This document shows positions 32,712 to 43,041 of a stretch of 64,000 nt of DNA, piece by piece. Every line of letters begins with the position of its first letter. Positions within the stretch are counted from its first letter, which is position 1. The translations under genes and the position numbers were made by a program. The notes below the pieces were generated by a model. That model had not been told where the DNA came from and searched no databases. It saw only the letters and a program-made list of their open reading frames with translations. Where the stretch lies: assembly GCA_963748815.1 (NCBI GenBank), contig CAVVKJ010000010.1, forward strand, positions 128,001-192,000, in the 5' to 3' direction. Source of the stretch: an uncultured Gemmatimonadales bacterium. Its GTDB lineage: Bacteria; Gemmatimonadota; Gemmatimonadetes; Gemmatimonadales; GWC2-71-9.

Positions 32712-34109
32712 TTACGACCCCTCGTGTGCCCGGAGTTGGGCAATCGCCGCCTCGAGGGCGGCGTCCCGGTTGCCCTGGAAGTCCTGCACCGTGCGGGGGA
32801 CGAACTGGGTCGGCTGCACGCCGTGTCCGACAAGGTCGGTCCCGACGTTCGCCGAGGTGGAAACGCGGGCCGAGCCGCCGCCGGGAAGGCCAAAGCCCAC
32901 CGGGTCGCCGGTGCTGCCGCCGGTCGGCTCGCCGATGATCGCGCCGCGATTCATCATCCGAAAGCTCTCGGCAAAGACGTCGGTCGCCGAGATTGACCGG
33001 GGGCCGATCAGCAGGACGACCGGCTTGGCGTAGTAGTCGGCTGGCTTCCCCTTCCAGGTTTGCGGGTCCGCCGTGTACCAGGCGCCGGCCGTCCCCCACG
33101 CCCGTCGCGTCGGAACATACTGGCGCGATTTCCACCGGGGCAGGGCGAAGGCCTCCGCGGAGAGGAAACCAAGCAGCTCGTACGCGATCATCCCGCTGCC
33201 ACCGTCATTCTGCCGCAGGTCCAGGATCAGCCCGTTGCTCCCCTGGATCTGGGGCCACGCGGCCATGAACGGCTTCTCAATCTCCGGGTCCCCGAACGAG
33301 TTGATGGCCACGTAGGCGAGGTTGCCCGGGAGCAGGCGGAACTCGAACGCGGGAAGGGTGCTGACGTCGGTGTATCCCGATCGAGGTAGCCGCCGGCTGA
33401 ACTCGGTGCCGTTGGGCCGCCGGAAACCCGCTGCGACCGGTTGCTCCCGGTTGCCGGAAAGCAGGCCGTAGGTGTATCGGAGCACCTCGGTGTGCTGGGG
33501 CGAATTGCTGCACTGGTACGGCGCTCGATTCCGTTCCACGTAGGTTGCCACCGGCGTGCCGTCGATCGACACCAGTTCGAGCCCCCGGGTAACGCCCAGG
33601 GAATCGAGCGAGGGGCTCTCGACCGCGGCGACAAACACCCGGTGTTCGATGACCTCGAGCCGCAGCGGCGGGGCGCCCTCGCGGTCGGCGAGCTGTTTGG
33701 GCAGGAAGACATCGGTGTGGCCGTCGCAGAGCAGCGCCACCATCGACTGCAGGATCTTGTAGTAGTCATACGTGCTCGTGGTGGCACGTACCTTGGGGAT
33801 GTAGTCGACGAATGTCTTGTCCCAGTCCAGGTCGGGCACCTGGGCGAAATTGGGAAAGTTGATCTTCACTTCCATCCACAGCCGGCTCAGCCCGGCAATC
33901 TTGTCATTCTCGGAGAGATTCTCGGCGAAGGGAGTTCCCCACGCGGCAGAACTGCCCCAGATGACACCGTCGCGTGCCAGCAGGGTCTGGCGCGAGGGAG
34001 CCGGAGCCTGCGCCGGAAGGGAGGTGGCTGACAGCGCGAGGGCCAGCGCGATAAGTGTCAGGCGTCGGGTCGGTATCGTGCCGGTGCCGGGCGCGAGCGT
34101 GGTCGTCAA
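32712..34109 (-). CDS. S41 family peptidase, secreted
   Basis: DGHT, LILDLRQNDGG, SISATDVF, IIGEPTGG. Confidence 0.85.
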   Translation of the reverse strand: MTTTLAPGTGTIPTRRLTLIALALALSATSLPAQAPAPSRQTLLARDGVIWGSSAAWGTPFAENLSENDKIAGLSRLWMEVKINFPNFAQVPDLDWDKTFVDYIPKVRATTSTYDYYKILQSMVALLCDGHTDVFLPKQLADREGAPPLRLEVIEHRVFVAAVESPSLDSLGVTRGLELVSIDGTPVATYVERNRAPYQCSNSPQHTEVLRYTYGLLSGNREQPVAAGFRRPNGTEFSRRLPRSGYTDVSTLPAFEFRLLPGNLAYVAINSFGDPEIEKPFMAAWPQIQGSNGLILDLRQNDGGSGMIAYELLGFLSAEAFALPRWKSRQYVPTRRAWGTAGAWYTADPQTWKGKPADYYAKPVVLLIGPRSISATDVFAESFRMMNRGAIIGEPTGGSTGDPVGFGLPGGGSARVSTSANVGTDLVGHGVQPTQFVPRTVQDFQGNRDAALEAAIAQLRAHEGS

Positions 34110-34607
34110 TCAGTCCTCCGTGGGGACGGGGTCGGTGCCGGGGCGATCGGTGGAGGCGATCGCGACGAGTTGCCAGGCGCCGCCTTCCTTTTCATACACT
34201 TCGAGCCACGCGTAGGTGGTGTGAGCCACCGCGGGGTCGGCGGTGGTGTCCGCTGCCCGCACGCGCACCTCCTTCTGCACGATGACATACGCCATGTGCC
34301 CGTCGGGGGAAATGCGCACCGCGGGAGGGACCAAGTCGTCCCAGGCCAGGAAGGTGGATCGATCGAAATAGGCCTGAAACCGCGCGCGGCTCATCGCCGC
34401 TGTGGGCGCCTCCACGGTGCCCCGCGAAATGCTCCGGAAGCTGTCGGCAAAGGTGGCCACAAGCAGGTCGGCCCGCCGCTGGAGGTGGGCCTCGTGATGG
34501 ACCTCATGAATCCTGAGGAGTTCGGCGCGGTCGGCCGCCAGGTCCGGCTGGGAGGCGCACGCCGCCAGCAACACCAGCGCCGCCAGCGGACGCGGCAACG
34601 CGCCCAC
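34110..34607 (-). CDS. NTF2/DUF4440-like lipoprotein
   Basis: LLAAC lipobox; VRISPDGHMAYV...VYEKEGGAWQLV. Confidence 0.7.
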   Translation of the reverse strand: MGALPRPLAALVLLAACASQPDLAADRAELLRIHEVHHEAHLQRRADLLVATFADSFRSISRGTVEAPTAAMSRARFQAYFDRSTFLAWDDLVPPAVRISPDGHMAYVIVQKEVRVRAADTTADPAVAHTTYAWLEVYEKEGGAWQLVAIASTDRPGTDPVPTED

Positions 34608-34618
34608 CCCGATTCGGG

Positions 34619-36298
34619 CTACTGGCGGCACGGCGCGTTCGGATCCAGTCGGGGCCCGTTGAGCGCCGGACGCATATCGGCGTTGGCCACCTCGGAGGCG
34701 AAGAGGTAGACCAGGCTGGTGACCCGGGCGAGCGCGGCATAGTCGATGTACTGCGGTTCGTCGGTCACCTGGTGGTAGTCCAGGTGTTCCCCGCGCGAGA
34801 GCGCCACGGCGGGGATGCCGTAGCGGGCGTAGCTGTAGTGGTCGGCCCGGCAATAGTACTGCAGCGGGTGCCCTGGCTGGTCATAGGTCAGGTTGAAGAC
34901 GAACGGATCCGGGAGCTTGGCATTGGCCGCGGTGAGCATGTCGCCGAACTGGGTGGACAGCCGCCAGGCGCCAATCACCTCCAGGTACGCCGGCCCTCCC
35001 TCCGGCAGGTCGTCACTCCCTCCCCGGCCGATCATGTCCTGGTCGATTTCGGCGACGATCGAGTCGCGGGGCACCGTCGGATGCTCGGCGTACCAGAGCG
35101 AGCCGAGGAGGCCGTACTCCTCGCCGGTATGGGAAACGAAGAGCAGCGAGCGTCGGGGCTTCGTGGGCTGGGCCGAAAAGACCCGCGCGAGTTCGAGGAG
35201 CGACACGGTGCCGGTCCCGTCGTCGTCCGCCCCGTTCTGGATCGAATCGGGGCGGGGTGGGAACTTCGCCCGCAGGCTGTCCAGGATGGCCCGGATCCGT
35301 GCCCACTCGTCGGTCGTCGGGGTCCGATTGGGGGTGTCGGCCCCCATCGGGCGCATGACCCGGAGGTAGGCCCGCATCGAATCGTGGTCGACCGGCGCCG
35401 TTCCCGTCAGGCCGACGTGGTCATTGTGGGCGGAGAGCGCCACGTATTCGTGGCGCAACCGAGGGTCGGAGCCGGGAAGAATGGCCACCACGTTGCGCGC
35501 AGCATACGGGGTCGGGTCGCCGACCATGCTGGCGGAGCCGGAGACACGGTTGCCTGCGGCACCGGGGCTGAGTTGAGCGAGCGGGGTGCGGAAGAGGATC
35601 TGCGCACCCTGGGGGGTCACGAGAACGAGCGGGGGCAACTCGCCCACGGCGCCTTGCTGACTGACCGTCAATCGGCCATCGAGTGAGGCACGGCGATTGG
35701 CCACCGAGAGGAGATCGAGCTCGGCGAGAACGACCGCCGCGGCCGTCCGCCAGTGCGCCTCCGTGCCGATGACGCGCGTCCCGATGTAGCGGCGCTGCCC
35801 CGCTGCGTCGGGCTTGAGTGTGAGCACCACGACCTTGCCGGCGGCGGCTTCGGTGGGAATCCAACTGGCCGGATCGTTCGCGTCGCCGCCGTACACGGCC
35901 TCGACGTCGTTGAGCGCGAGCGGACGGTTGGGCAGCCAGGTAGCAGGGAGAAAGTCCTCGCCGAGCACGAGTGAGGCCCCGCCGGACTGGAGCGAGGTCG
36001 TGCTCGACAGGCGCTCGAAGACGAAGGGGACCCGCTGGAAGTAGGTCCCCGAATCACCGGCGGGCGTCAGCCCGAGCCGCTGAAATTCCGAGGCGATGTA
36101 TTCGGTGGCGAGGAAGTTGCCGCGTGACCCCGGTTCCCGCCCACCCATCGAGTCGTCCGCCAGGCGGAAGAGGTCCGCCCGGGAGCGATCCCCCTGCACC
36201 GGCGGCCACGCCAGCGGTGCCTGGGCGGTGGCGGAGTCGGGGAGGCTGGAAAGGAGGAGGCAACCGAGGAGAAGCAGGGATGGGCGGCAAGACGGCAT
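34619..36298 (-). CDS. M28 family peptidase with PA domain
   Basis: LADDSMGGR, SAHNDH, NGADDDGTG, GEEYGLLGS, DMIGR, DYHQVTD. Confidence 0.88.
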   Translation of the reverse strand: MPSCRPSLLLLGCLLLSSLPDSATAQAPLAWPPVQGDRSRADLFRLADDSMGGREPGSRGNFLATEYIASEFQRLGLTPAGDSGTYFQRVPFVFERLSSTTSLQSGGASLVLGEDFLPATWLPNRPLALNDVEAVYGGDANDPASWIPTEAAAGKVVVLTLKPDAAGQRRYIGTRVIGTEAHWRTAAAVVLAELDLLSVANRRASLDGRLTVSQQGAVGELPPLVLVTPQGAQILFRTPLAQLSPGAAGNRVSGSASMVGDPTPYAARNVVAILPGSDPRLRHEYVALSAHNDHVGLTGTAPVDHDSMRAYLRVMRPMGADTPNRTPTTDEWARIRAILDSLRAKFPPRPDSIQNGADDDGTGTVSLLELARVFSAQPTKPRRSLLFVSHTGEEYGLLGSLWYAEHPTVPRDSIVAEIDQDMIGRGGSDDLPEGGPAYLEVIGAWRLSTQFGDMLTAANAKLPDPFVFNLTYDQPGHPLQYYCRADHYSYARYGIPAVALSRGEHLDYHQVTDEPQYIDYAALARVTSLVYLFASEVANADMRPALNGPRLDPNAPCRQ

Positions 36299-36401
36299 CG
36301 TGGATGGCTCCCCCAGGGTGGCGACACGATCTGCTATCAGATGGTATCTCCTACGGGGATGGCGCTGAAAAGTGTCGGGGGGCCGGGCCTGATGGACCCG
36401 G

Positions 36402-39400
36402 CTAGAGCGGGCGCGCGGGGGCCTCCGACAGCACGCGATCGAGGGTCGAGAGCAGGTGATCGATGTCGGCGGCATCCACGGTCAGCGGCGGTCGGATCTT
36501 CAGGACGTTGTCGGCGGGTCCTTCGGTGCCGAGGAGGATGCGCTCCTGCCGCAACCGATTCTTGACGTACTGTGCCACGCGCGTGGCCGGTTCGCGGGTC
36601 GTTCGGTCGCCCACCAGGTCCACGCCGACGAACAGCCCAATGCCACGCACGTCGCCAATGATTCGATGGCGTTCCTGCAGCTCCCGCAACCCGGCGAGGA
36701 GGTATCCGCCGGTCGAGTCGGCGTTCTCCTGCAGCCCCTCCTCGTCCACGATCCGCAGCACTTCCGCTCCGATGCGGCAGGAAAGAGTGCTGCCACCGAA
36801 GGTCGAAAAGAACTCGATCCCATTGTCAAAGGAGCGCGCGATCTCCGTCGTGGTGACGACGGCCCCGATCGGGTGCCCGTTCCCGAGCGGCTTGCCGAGC
36901 ACGACGATGTCGGGCTCTGCCCGCTGTTCCTCGAATCCCCAGTAGTACGAGCCCAGGCGGCCCAGCCCGGTCTGGACTTCGTCGGCGATGCAGACCCCTC
37001 CGGCGGCGCGGATCCGCCGGTACACCGCATCGAGATAGCCGGCCGGAGGAATGATCTGTCCCGCGACGCTGGGAAAGCTCTCCGCGATGAAGCCGGCGAG
37101 TCGGCCCCCCCGGGCCGCGATTCGTGCGAGGGCAGCATCGACGGTGCCCGCATATCGATCCGCCGCATCCGCCCCGCGATGAATGCCGCGGTAGGTGTCC
37201 GGGACCGGCACGACATGAACCCACTCGGGTGCGCCCCCGCCACCCGGTTTGTCGAACTTGTACGCCGAGATATCGATGGCCCCGGTGGTGTTGCCGTGGT
37301 AGCCGTGGTCCACGACCACCATGTCCTTCCCGCCGGTGTGCGCGCGCGCCAGCCGGAGCGCCAATTCGTTGGCCTCGCTGCCGGAGTTGACCAGGAAGAC
37401 GTGGGTCATCTGGGCGGGCATCCTGGCCAGCAGCGCCTCGGCGAACTCGACCTGGGCCGGGTGCAGGTACCGGGTATTCGTGTTCAGGCGCGCCATCTGG
37501 TCGCGCGCGATGGCCGCGAGGCGGGGATGCGCGTGCCCCACATGGGGCACGTTGTTGTACGCGTCGAGGTGCGGCCGCCCCCACTGGTCATAGAGATGCG
37601 TCCGCCAACCGCGGACGAAGAGGCAGGGCTCCGCGTAGCTCAGCCGGAGGTTGGCGGCAAAATGGGCCGCGCGCTCCTTGCCGATGGCAGTGACATCGAG
37701 CGGGGAGTACGCCACCGGCTCATCGGGGAGGTTCAGCAGTGCGGCGGGGTTGGGACAGAGCGCCTCCCAAAGCGAACGGTCGTCCGGGTCGGCGACGCCG
37801 GGCCAGTTGGCAGGCATGGTATCGGGGGCGACCGCGAGCTGGAAATGGAGATGCGGCTGCCAGCCACCATTGTCCTCGGGCGTCCCGAAGGACGCGAATC
37901 GAGTACCCTTGCCGATGCGCTGGCCCGGTGAGAGGGCGCGAACCGAGGCCGGCGAGAGGTGGCCGTAGAGAGTCACGAATTCGTCGCCGGCCGGAGTCAT
38001 GTGGCGGAGCACGACCATCCCGCCGTAGTCGAGGTGTCCTTCCCGAACCTCGATGGTTTCAACGACGGCGTCGCACGGCGCGTGCACGGCGGTGCCGGCC
38101 TCCATGAAGATGTCGATGCCGAGATGCACCGTGCGCCGCGCGGAGCCGCGGTAGGAGGCGGCACGGAAGGCGGCGTCGGTGTAGACGCCGCGGGGTTCGC
38201 CGTAGCGGCCGATCCATGCCGTGCGGCCGCGGACCTCGGGCCCGAGCGACAGCGCCTCTGCCGCGTGCATCTGTTCGAGGTCTTGCGGCGCCGCCGAGTC
38301 GGACAGGGAGAGGGAGACGACCGGGGCGGAGGTGAGGTCGGCGGAAACCACCGGGGCAAAGCGCCCTCGCGAGGCCTGCAGCCACGACAGCACCCGCCCG
38401 GCGGCCTCCGTCGCGGGGAGGCCGCACGCGGTGCGGAGGCAAGCGGTGACGCGGGCCTCCGACATGCCTGCCGCGCGCTCAAGGAAGCGCCAGGCGGGAG
38501 CCTCCGAGACGACCACATAGGGATCGTCCGGCCGTTCCGCCTTCACCAGTGCCGAGTTGACGACGCTGAGGGCCAGTCGGGTCAGCAGGAGGGGCCAAAT
38601 GAGTGCGATCTGTTCGCCTGACAGCGGCGAATGGGCGTGGTAGCCGGCAACCAGCGCGGCGATCGCGCGTTCCGGGTGCGGATGATCGAGTGCGACATAC
38701 GCCGCGGCGATGGCCACCTCCGCCACGACGGGGCCGTCGATCATGTCGCCCAGGTCGAGGAGGCCGCTGACGAACGGCGTGCCGTCGTCACCCGACGCAA
38801 CGAGAATGTTGTAGTCGTTGACGTCGTTGTGAATGGGTGCCAGCGGCTGGCGGAGGAGCGCCGGCAGGATCTCGGCGTGACGCGCCAGCACGCCGCCGAG
38901 CAACGCCCGGCGGTCAGGATCCTCGACGAGGTCGACATGCGGGGCGATCCACCCGGCTTGCCGCAGGTCCCACTTCATGTCCCGCTGCAGTTGCGGGTGC
39001 GTGAAGCCGATCAGCGCGCGGTCCAGGCGGGCCACGCGGCCGCCGAGCTCGTGGATGAGTGGGAGGGGGTGGGGGAGGGTGGTGGCGTACACCTGTCCTG
39101 GCAGGGCGGCGAGCAGCCACAGGAAGCGGGGTTGCCCACGCTCGTCCGGCCGGGCACACCACAGCCGTCCCGACGGAAGCGGGATGACCGGCGGGACCGG
39201 GACCGCGTCGTCGTGCGCCCGGATGTGCGCGTGGGCCGTGCAGAGCAGGTCGACGAACGCCTCGTCGGACGACGCCCGCATGACCTTGAGCACGAACCGC
39301 CGTCCGTCGCCGGCGTCGACCCGAAAGTTCAGGTCGAACTCCCCGGGCAGGGGCGCCAGCTCGCCCGCGATGCCCCAGGCGTCGTGCAGCTGCGCGGCCC

Positions 39401-39422
39401 AGTAGGTCCTGCCGTCCGTCAT
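36402..39422 (-). CDS. fusion: phosphotransferase (APH/hydroxylysine kinase-like) + M23-like + class III PLP aminotransferase
   Basis: HNDVNDYN/DLGD; HLGID and HLH; NSGSEANE, DEVQTG, LGKPLGNG. Confidence 0.88.
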   Translation of the reverse strand: MTDGRTYWAAQLHDAWGIAGELAPLPGEFDLNFRVDAGDGRRFVLKVMRASSDEAFVDLLCTAHAHIRAHDDAVPVPPVIPLPSGRLWCARPDERGQPRFLWLLAALPGQVYATTLPHPLPLIHELGGRVARLDRALIGFTHPQLQRDMKWDLRQAGWIAPHVDLVEDPDRRALLGGVLARHAEILPALLRQPLAPIHNDVNDYNILVASGDDGTPFVSGLLDLGDMIDGPVVAEVAIAAAYVALDHPHPERAIAALVAGYHAHSPLSGEQIALIWPLLLTRLALSVVNSALVKAERPDDPYVVVSEAPAWRFLERAAGMSEARVTACLRTACGLPATEAAGRVLSWLQASRGRFAPVVSADLTSAPVVSLSLSDSAAPQDLEQMHAAEALSLGPEVRGRTAWIGRYGEPRGVYTDAAFRAASYRGSARRTVHLGIDIFMEAGTAVHAPCDAVVETIEVREGHLDYGGMVVLRHMTPAGDEFVTLYGHLSPASVRALSPGQRIGKGTRFASFGTPEDNGGWQPHLHFQLAVAPDTMPANWPGVADPDDRSLWEALCPNPAALLNLPDEPVAYSPLDVTAIGKERAAHFAANLRLSYAEPCLFVRGWRTHLYDQWGRPHLDAYNNVPHVGHAHPRLAAIARDQMARLNTNTRYLHPAQVEFAEALLARMPAQMTHVFLVNSGSEANELALRLARAHTGGKDMVVVDHGYHGNTTGAIDISAYKFDKPGGGGAPEWVHVVPVPDTYRGIHRGADAADRYAGTVDAALARIAARGGRLAGFIAESFPSVAGQIIPPAGYLDAVYRRIRAAGGVCIADEVQTGLGRLGSYYWGFEEQRAEPDIVVLGKPLGNGHPIGAVVTTTEIARSFDNGIEFFSTFGGSTLSCRIGAEVLRIVDEEGLQENADSTGGYLLAGLRELQERHRIIGDVRGIGLFVGVDLVGDRTTREPATRVAQYVKNRLRQERILLGTEGPADNVLKIRPPLTVDAADIDHLLSTLDRVLSEAPARPL

Positions 39423-39884
39423 TTACGCGCCATCCGGAATCTCGGGCTCCACGAGGAGGGCCAGCAGGGTCAGCGACTCCTGCCACCCGAGGTAGCAGAA
39501 TTCCACGGGAATGGCCGCGGGAATCCCCTCCTGGACGACGGTGAGTTCGGTGCCGCAGGCGACCGGCGTGAACGCAATGGTGACCTGCATCTCGCCCGGG
39601 AGGTTCGGATCGTCGAAGCGGTCGGTGTAGCGGAGGCGCTCGTTCGGCGTCAGTTCGACGTACGTGCCCCCAAAGGAATGGCTCTTCCCAGTCCCGAAGT
39701 TGGTGAAGGACATCGTGTAGCCACCACCCACGCGGGCGTCCATCCGGTGGACCTTGCCGGTAAAGCCGTGCGGCGGCAGCCACTTCGCCATCGCGTCGGG
39801 GTCGAGAAAGGCCTTGTAGACCTTCGCTGGCGGCGCGCGGAGGACGCGATGCAGGCGGACGGTGTTTGCCGTGGGAGTCGTCAT
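39423..39884 (-). CDS. SRPBCC/AHA1-like protein
   Basis: KVYKAFLDPDAMAKWLPP...CYLGWQESL. Confidence 0.85.
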   Translation of the reverse strand: MTTPTANTVRLHRVLRAPPAKVYKAFLDPDAMAKWLPPHGFTGKVHRMDARVGGGYTMSFTNFGTGKSHSFGGTYVELTPNERLRYTDRFDDPNLPGEMQVTIAFTPVACGTELTVVQEGIPAAIPVEFCYLGWQESLTLLALLVEPEIPDGA

Positions 39885-40048
39885 GGGTTGGGTGCTCGCA
39901 GGGAAGGGGTTCGGGTCCAAGCAGGTTCCAAAATGTCGCGCGAGTGCCGATCTTGGACAACCCCGTGCGACCAACGGCCTCTCTCCGGCATCCCGGGGGT
40001 GCACCAACACGACTGTCCCGCTGCCGGCCCCAACCCACTGGAGCACCC

Positions 40049-40516
40049 GTGATAATCCGCACCGTCTTGAGCCTGGCCCTCGTCTGCACCACCCCGCTCG
40101 CCGCCCAGCAGTCGTCCTTCGTCGGCGTCTGGACCGTCTCCTATCCCGGCGGCGCCATGATGGATAACGGCGTCATGACTCCGATCATGGCCACCGGTAC
40201 CCTGTCCATCGCGGTCCAGGCCGACTCACTCGTTGGCAGCCTGGTCATGGATCCCAATCCCGAGCTCGGTGCCCGGCCCGAGGTGAGGATGACAGCCGCC
40301 GCCGGGGCGGGGGCAGCCACGTTCATTTCGCGGTCGGAGGCGACGTTGAGCACGAACGGCGATACGCAGAAGGCGACCGTCATCAGCACCTGGAAGCTGG
40401 CCGTGGCGGGAGACAGCCTGAGCGGGACGGTGGAACGGTCGTTGGAGGGGTTCGAGATGGGAAACCAGCCGCCGCAGCCGGTGAAGGGGGCGCGTCAGCG
40501 GAATTCGAATCCGTAG
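40049..40516 (+). CDS. secreted hypothetical protein
   Basis: Signal peptide (PLAA), FVGVW beta-rich body, GGAG RBS. Confidence 0.6.
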   Translation: MIIRTVLSLALVCTTPLAAQQSSFVGVWTVSYPGGAMMDNGVMTPIMATGTLSIAVQADSLVGSLVMDPNPELGARPEVRMTAAAGAGAATFISRSEATLSTNGDTQKATVISTWKLAVAGDSLSGTVERSLEGFEMGNQPPQPVKGARQRNSNP

Positions 40517-40560
40517 AGGGCGCACCGGCTCGCAGCACCGGCGCTCGTTGACGGCCGTCA

Positions 40561-41844
40561 TCAGGTCGGCGAGCCAATCCGATCCAGCAAGACGGCCACC
40601 ATGGCCCGTATCCCGACCAGGATCGCCGCGTCGTCGGCCACGTAGGCGGCTGAGTGCGGCATCCCGACGGTGCCGGTGGCCGGATTGCTCACGCCGAGAA
40701 AGTACATCACGCCGGGCACCTCACCCTGGAATGAGCCGAAGTCCTCGCTGAACACCGGCGGAACGCCCTGCACCAGGACGACGGCGCTGTCTCCCATGAC
40801 CCGCCGGATGCTCCGGTTCGCGGCGGAGACCAGCGCCGTGTCGTTGGTCACCCCGGCGATCGCGAGGTCCTGGTAAGAGATGGAAGCAGCGACCTCCCGC
40901 AGTCGGAGCGCCTTCACACCGGCCATGATGGCTGCTCTCGCGCTAGCGCGGGCCTCGGCGCTCGCCGTCGTGATCGTTGCGCCCACGGTCCACCCTGCGC
41001 CATCGGCGGTGCGCCCCGACCGCGGGAACGCCTGTGCCATGATGAAGCCGTCGGGCGGGGCCTGGGCCATCTGGTCCGGTGGAATTGTGTTCACGCGCCA
41101 GATGAGGGCCCGGACCGAATCGGCGGCGGCGGAGAGGTCTCCCGATCCGCTGAGGGTCACGGTGACCCGGGCGCGGCCCGCCATCATGCCGCCGGGCGCG
41201 GTGCCGAGGGTGCCGACGTTATACGGCGCGGTATGCACTGCGTAGATGGCGTCGGGGCGCGTGGCGGCAAACACCCCACCTGCCAGCATCGCCTTGGCCC
41301 CGGTGGCATTCTCCTCGGCGGGCTGGAAGATGAGCATGACGGACCCCGCCAGGTCGGCGCGGACCGCCGCGAACGCTGCGGCGATGCCGAGGCCGATGGT
41401 GACGTGCACATCATGGCCGCAGATGTGGCGCACCCCGGGGTTGAGCGATCGGTACGCCACCGGATCGGGCGCGGCGGAGGGCACGGCGTCCATGTCGGCG
41501 CGAAACGCCACCATCGGGCCGGGCAGACCGCCGCGCAGGATCCCGACCACACCATGCCCCCCAACCCCCGCGGTCACCTCGTATCCGAGCGCCCGCAGTC
41601 GCGAGGCGACCAGTCCGGCGGTGCGCGCCTCGTTGGTCGAGGTTTCGGGGTGCTGATGGATGTCGTGGCGTACTTCGATGAGCGCGGCCTCTTCGGCGCG
41701 GACGGCGTTGACCATCCGGGTGTAGAGGGCCTGTGAGTCAACCGACTGGGCGACGGCAGGGGACCCGAGGCCCAGGCAGATGCTCGTGACAAGCGTGAGG
41801 CTGGCGAGCGTAGCGGACGTCCGGCGGCGGAGTGTCGTGAGCAC
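40561..41844 (-). CDS. M20D amidohydrolase
   Basis: HQHPE, RADMDA, HICGHDVH, FQPAEE, SEDF. Confidence 0.88.
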   Translation of the reverse strand: MLTTLRRRTSATLASLTLVTSICLGLGSPAVAQSVDSQALYTRMVNAVRAEEAALIEVRHDIHQHPETSTNEARTAGLVASRLRALGYEVTAGVGGHGVVGILRGGLPGPMVAFRADMDAVPSAAPDPVAYRSLNPGVRHICGHDVHVTIGLGIAAAFAAVRADLAGSVMLIFQPAEENATGAKAMLAGGVFAATRPDAIYAVHTAPYNVGTLGTAPGGMMAGRARVTVTLSGSGDLSAAADSVRALIWRVNTIPPDQMAQAPPDGFIMAQAFPRSGRTADGAGWTVGATITTASAEARASARAAIMAGVKALRLREVAASISYQDLAIAGVTNDTALVSAANRSIRRVMGDSAVVLVQGVPPVFSEDFGSFQGEVPGVMYFLGVSNPATGTVGMPHSAAYVADDAAILVGIRAMVAVLLDRIGSPT

Positions 41845-41877
41845 GGCTCGGCCTTGTGTGGCGGGGAATGGTCCTCC

Positions 41878-42438
41878 TTACGGCGATGTCCGGGGGCAGG
41901 TTTCCGCTCCCGGCGGGTCCGGCGCTCCGTAGCTGGCCCGCAGGAGCCGGGGCGGCAGGTCGTTGGGCAATTCGAGGACGAAGAGCGTGGCGTGCTCGCC
42001 GCCGCAGAGCTCGGGGACCTCGGGGCCACCGAGTGCGGCGATGATCACGCCGAGCGTGTTGGAATGGCCGATGACGAGCGCGGCGCTGCCGGGAGGCATC
42101 CCGCGGACCGCCGAGGCGATGCCGGCGGCCTGGGCGAGTTTGTTCCCCTGGATCGGGACGACGGTGGGGGTCAGGTGAAACGCGCCGGCGGTTGGCGCGG
42201 CGGTCGCGGACGTCCGGGGGTATTCCGAGACGAAGATGGCCTGCAGGGGGAAGCCGGCGAGGACGGCCCGCAATGCCTCAGCGCGCAGTTGCCCCGCCTC
42301 AGTGAGCCCGGAATTGCGGGTGGTGTCGACCTTTTCGGCGTGGCGGACGAGGACCACGGTGGAGGCCTGGGCGCCGGCCGTGGCGGGACGGGCCATGGCA
42401 GCGATGCACAGCGGAACCAGGCACCGCCATCGGCCCAT
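41878..42438 (-). CDS. histidine phosphatase family protein, secreted
   Basis: LVRHAEK, VIGHSNT; start uncertain. Confidence 0.8.
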   Translation of the reverse strand: MGRWRCLVPLCIAAMARPATAGAQASTVVLVRHAEKVDTTRNSGLTEAGQLRAEALRAVLAGFPLQAIFVSEYPRTSATAAPTAGAFHLTPTVVPIQGNKLAQAAGIASAVRGMPPGSAALVIGHSNTLGVIIAALGGPEVPELCGGEHATLFVLELPNDLPPRLLRASYGAPDPPGAETCPRTSP

Positions 42439-42464
42439 CCGACGCGGCAGTACCGACCGCAGGG

Positions 42465-42953
42465 TCACTGTTCCGCCACCGTATCCAGGTGCCATCCCGT
42501 GTGAATCCAGCGTCCATGGCGGCGGACGAAGAACTCCGTGCCTCGACCGCGGGTCTCCTCTGGCTTGCCATCCGCGTCCACGAGGACCAGGCGAAAGGTC
42601 GTATAGAGGATCACGACGTCTCCGTAGTCTTGGAAGACAGTGCGGGGAAACTCAAGCGACTGGAGGCGCTGTCCCCCCTTGGCGAAGTCGCTCATCTGCG
42701 CGAGTGTCCCCTTCCGGTCGTCCCAGGGGCCGCCGCCCCATCCCATGGCCACGAGCTCATCCGGGACGACGCGCTGGAATCCCGCCTGGTCGTTGGCAAA
42801 CCAGGTCCGCCATGCCGTCTCCCGCAGGCTCAGGATTTCCGCACGCGTCGCGGAGTCGGGCTGGGGCCCATAGTCCTGCGCGGAGAGGGCACGGGCTGGG
42901 AGCAGGAGGAGGGCGATCAGGCCAAGGCCAAGGGTACGCACTGGGGCGCTCAC
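42465..42953 (-). CDS. DUF4440/NTF2-like secreted protein
   Basis: Signal peptide; YGDVVILY...GRGTEFFVRRHGRW. Confidence 0.75.
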   Translation of the reverse strand: MSAPVRTLGLGLIALLLLPARALSAQDYGPQPDSATRAEILSLRETAWRTWFANDQAGFQRVVPDELVAMGWGGGPWDDRKGTLAQMSDFAKGGQRLQSLEFPRTVFQDYGDVVILYTTFRLVLVDADGKPEETRGRGTEFFVRRHGRWIHTGWHLDTVAEQ

Positions 42954-43041
42954 GGTTGAGTGTCGAAGGGAAGGGGACGCCGCTCGCGTGCACTACAGCA
43001 TCCGAGCCGCGCCATGGCCGTGGCTGCCGGCACCATGAGAA

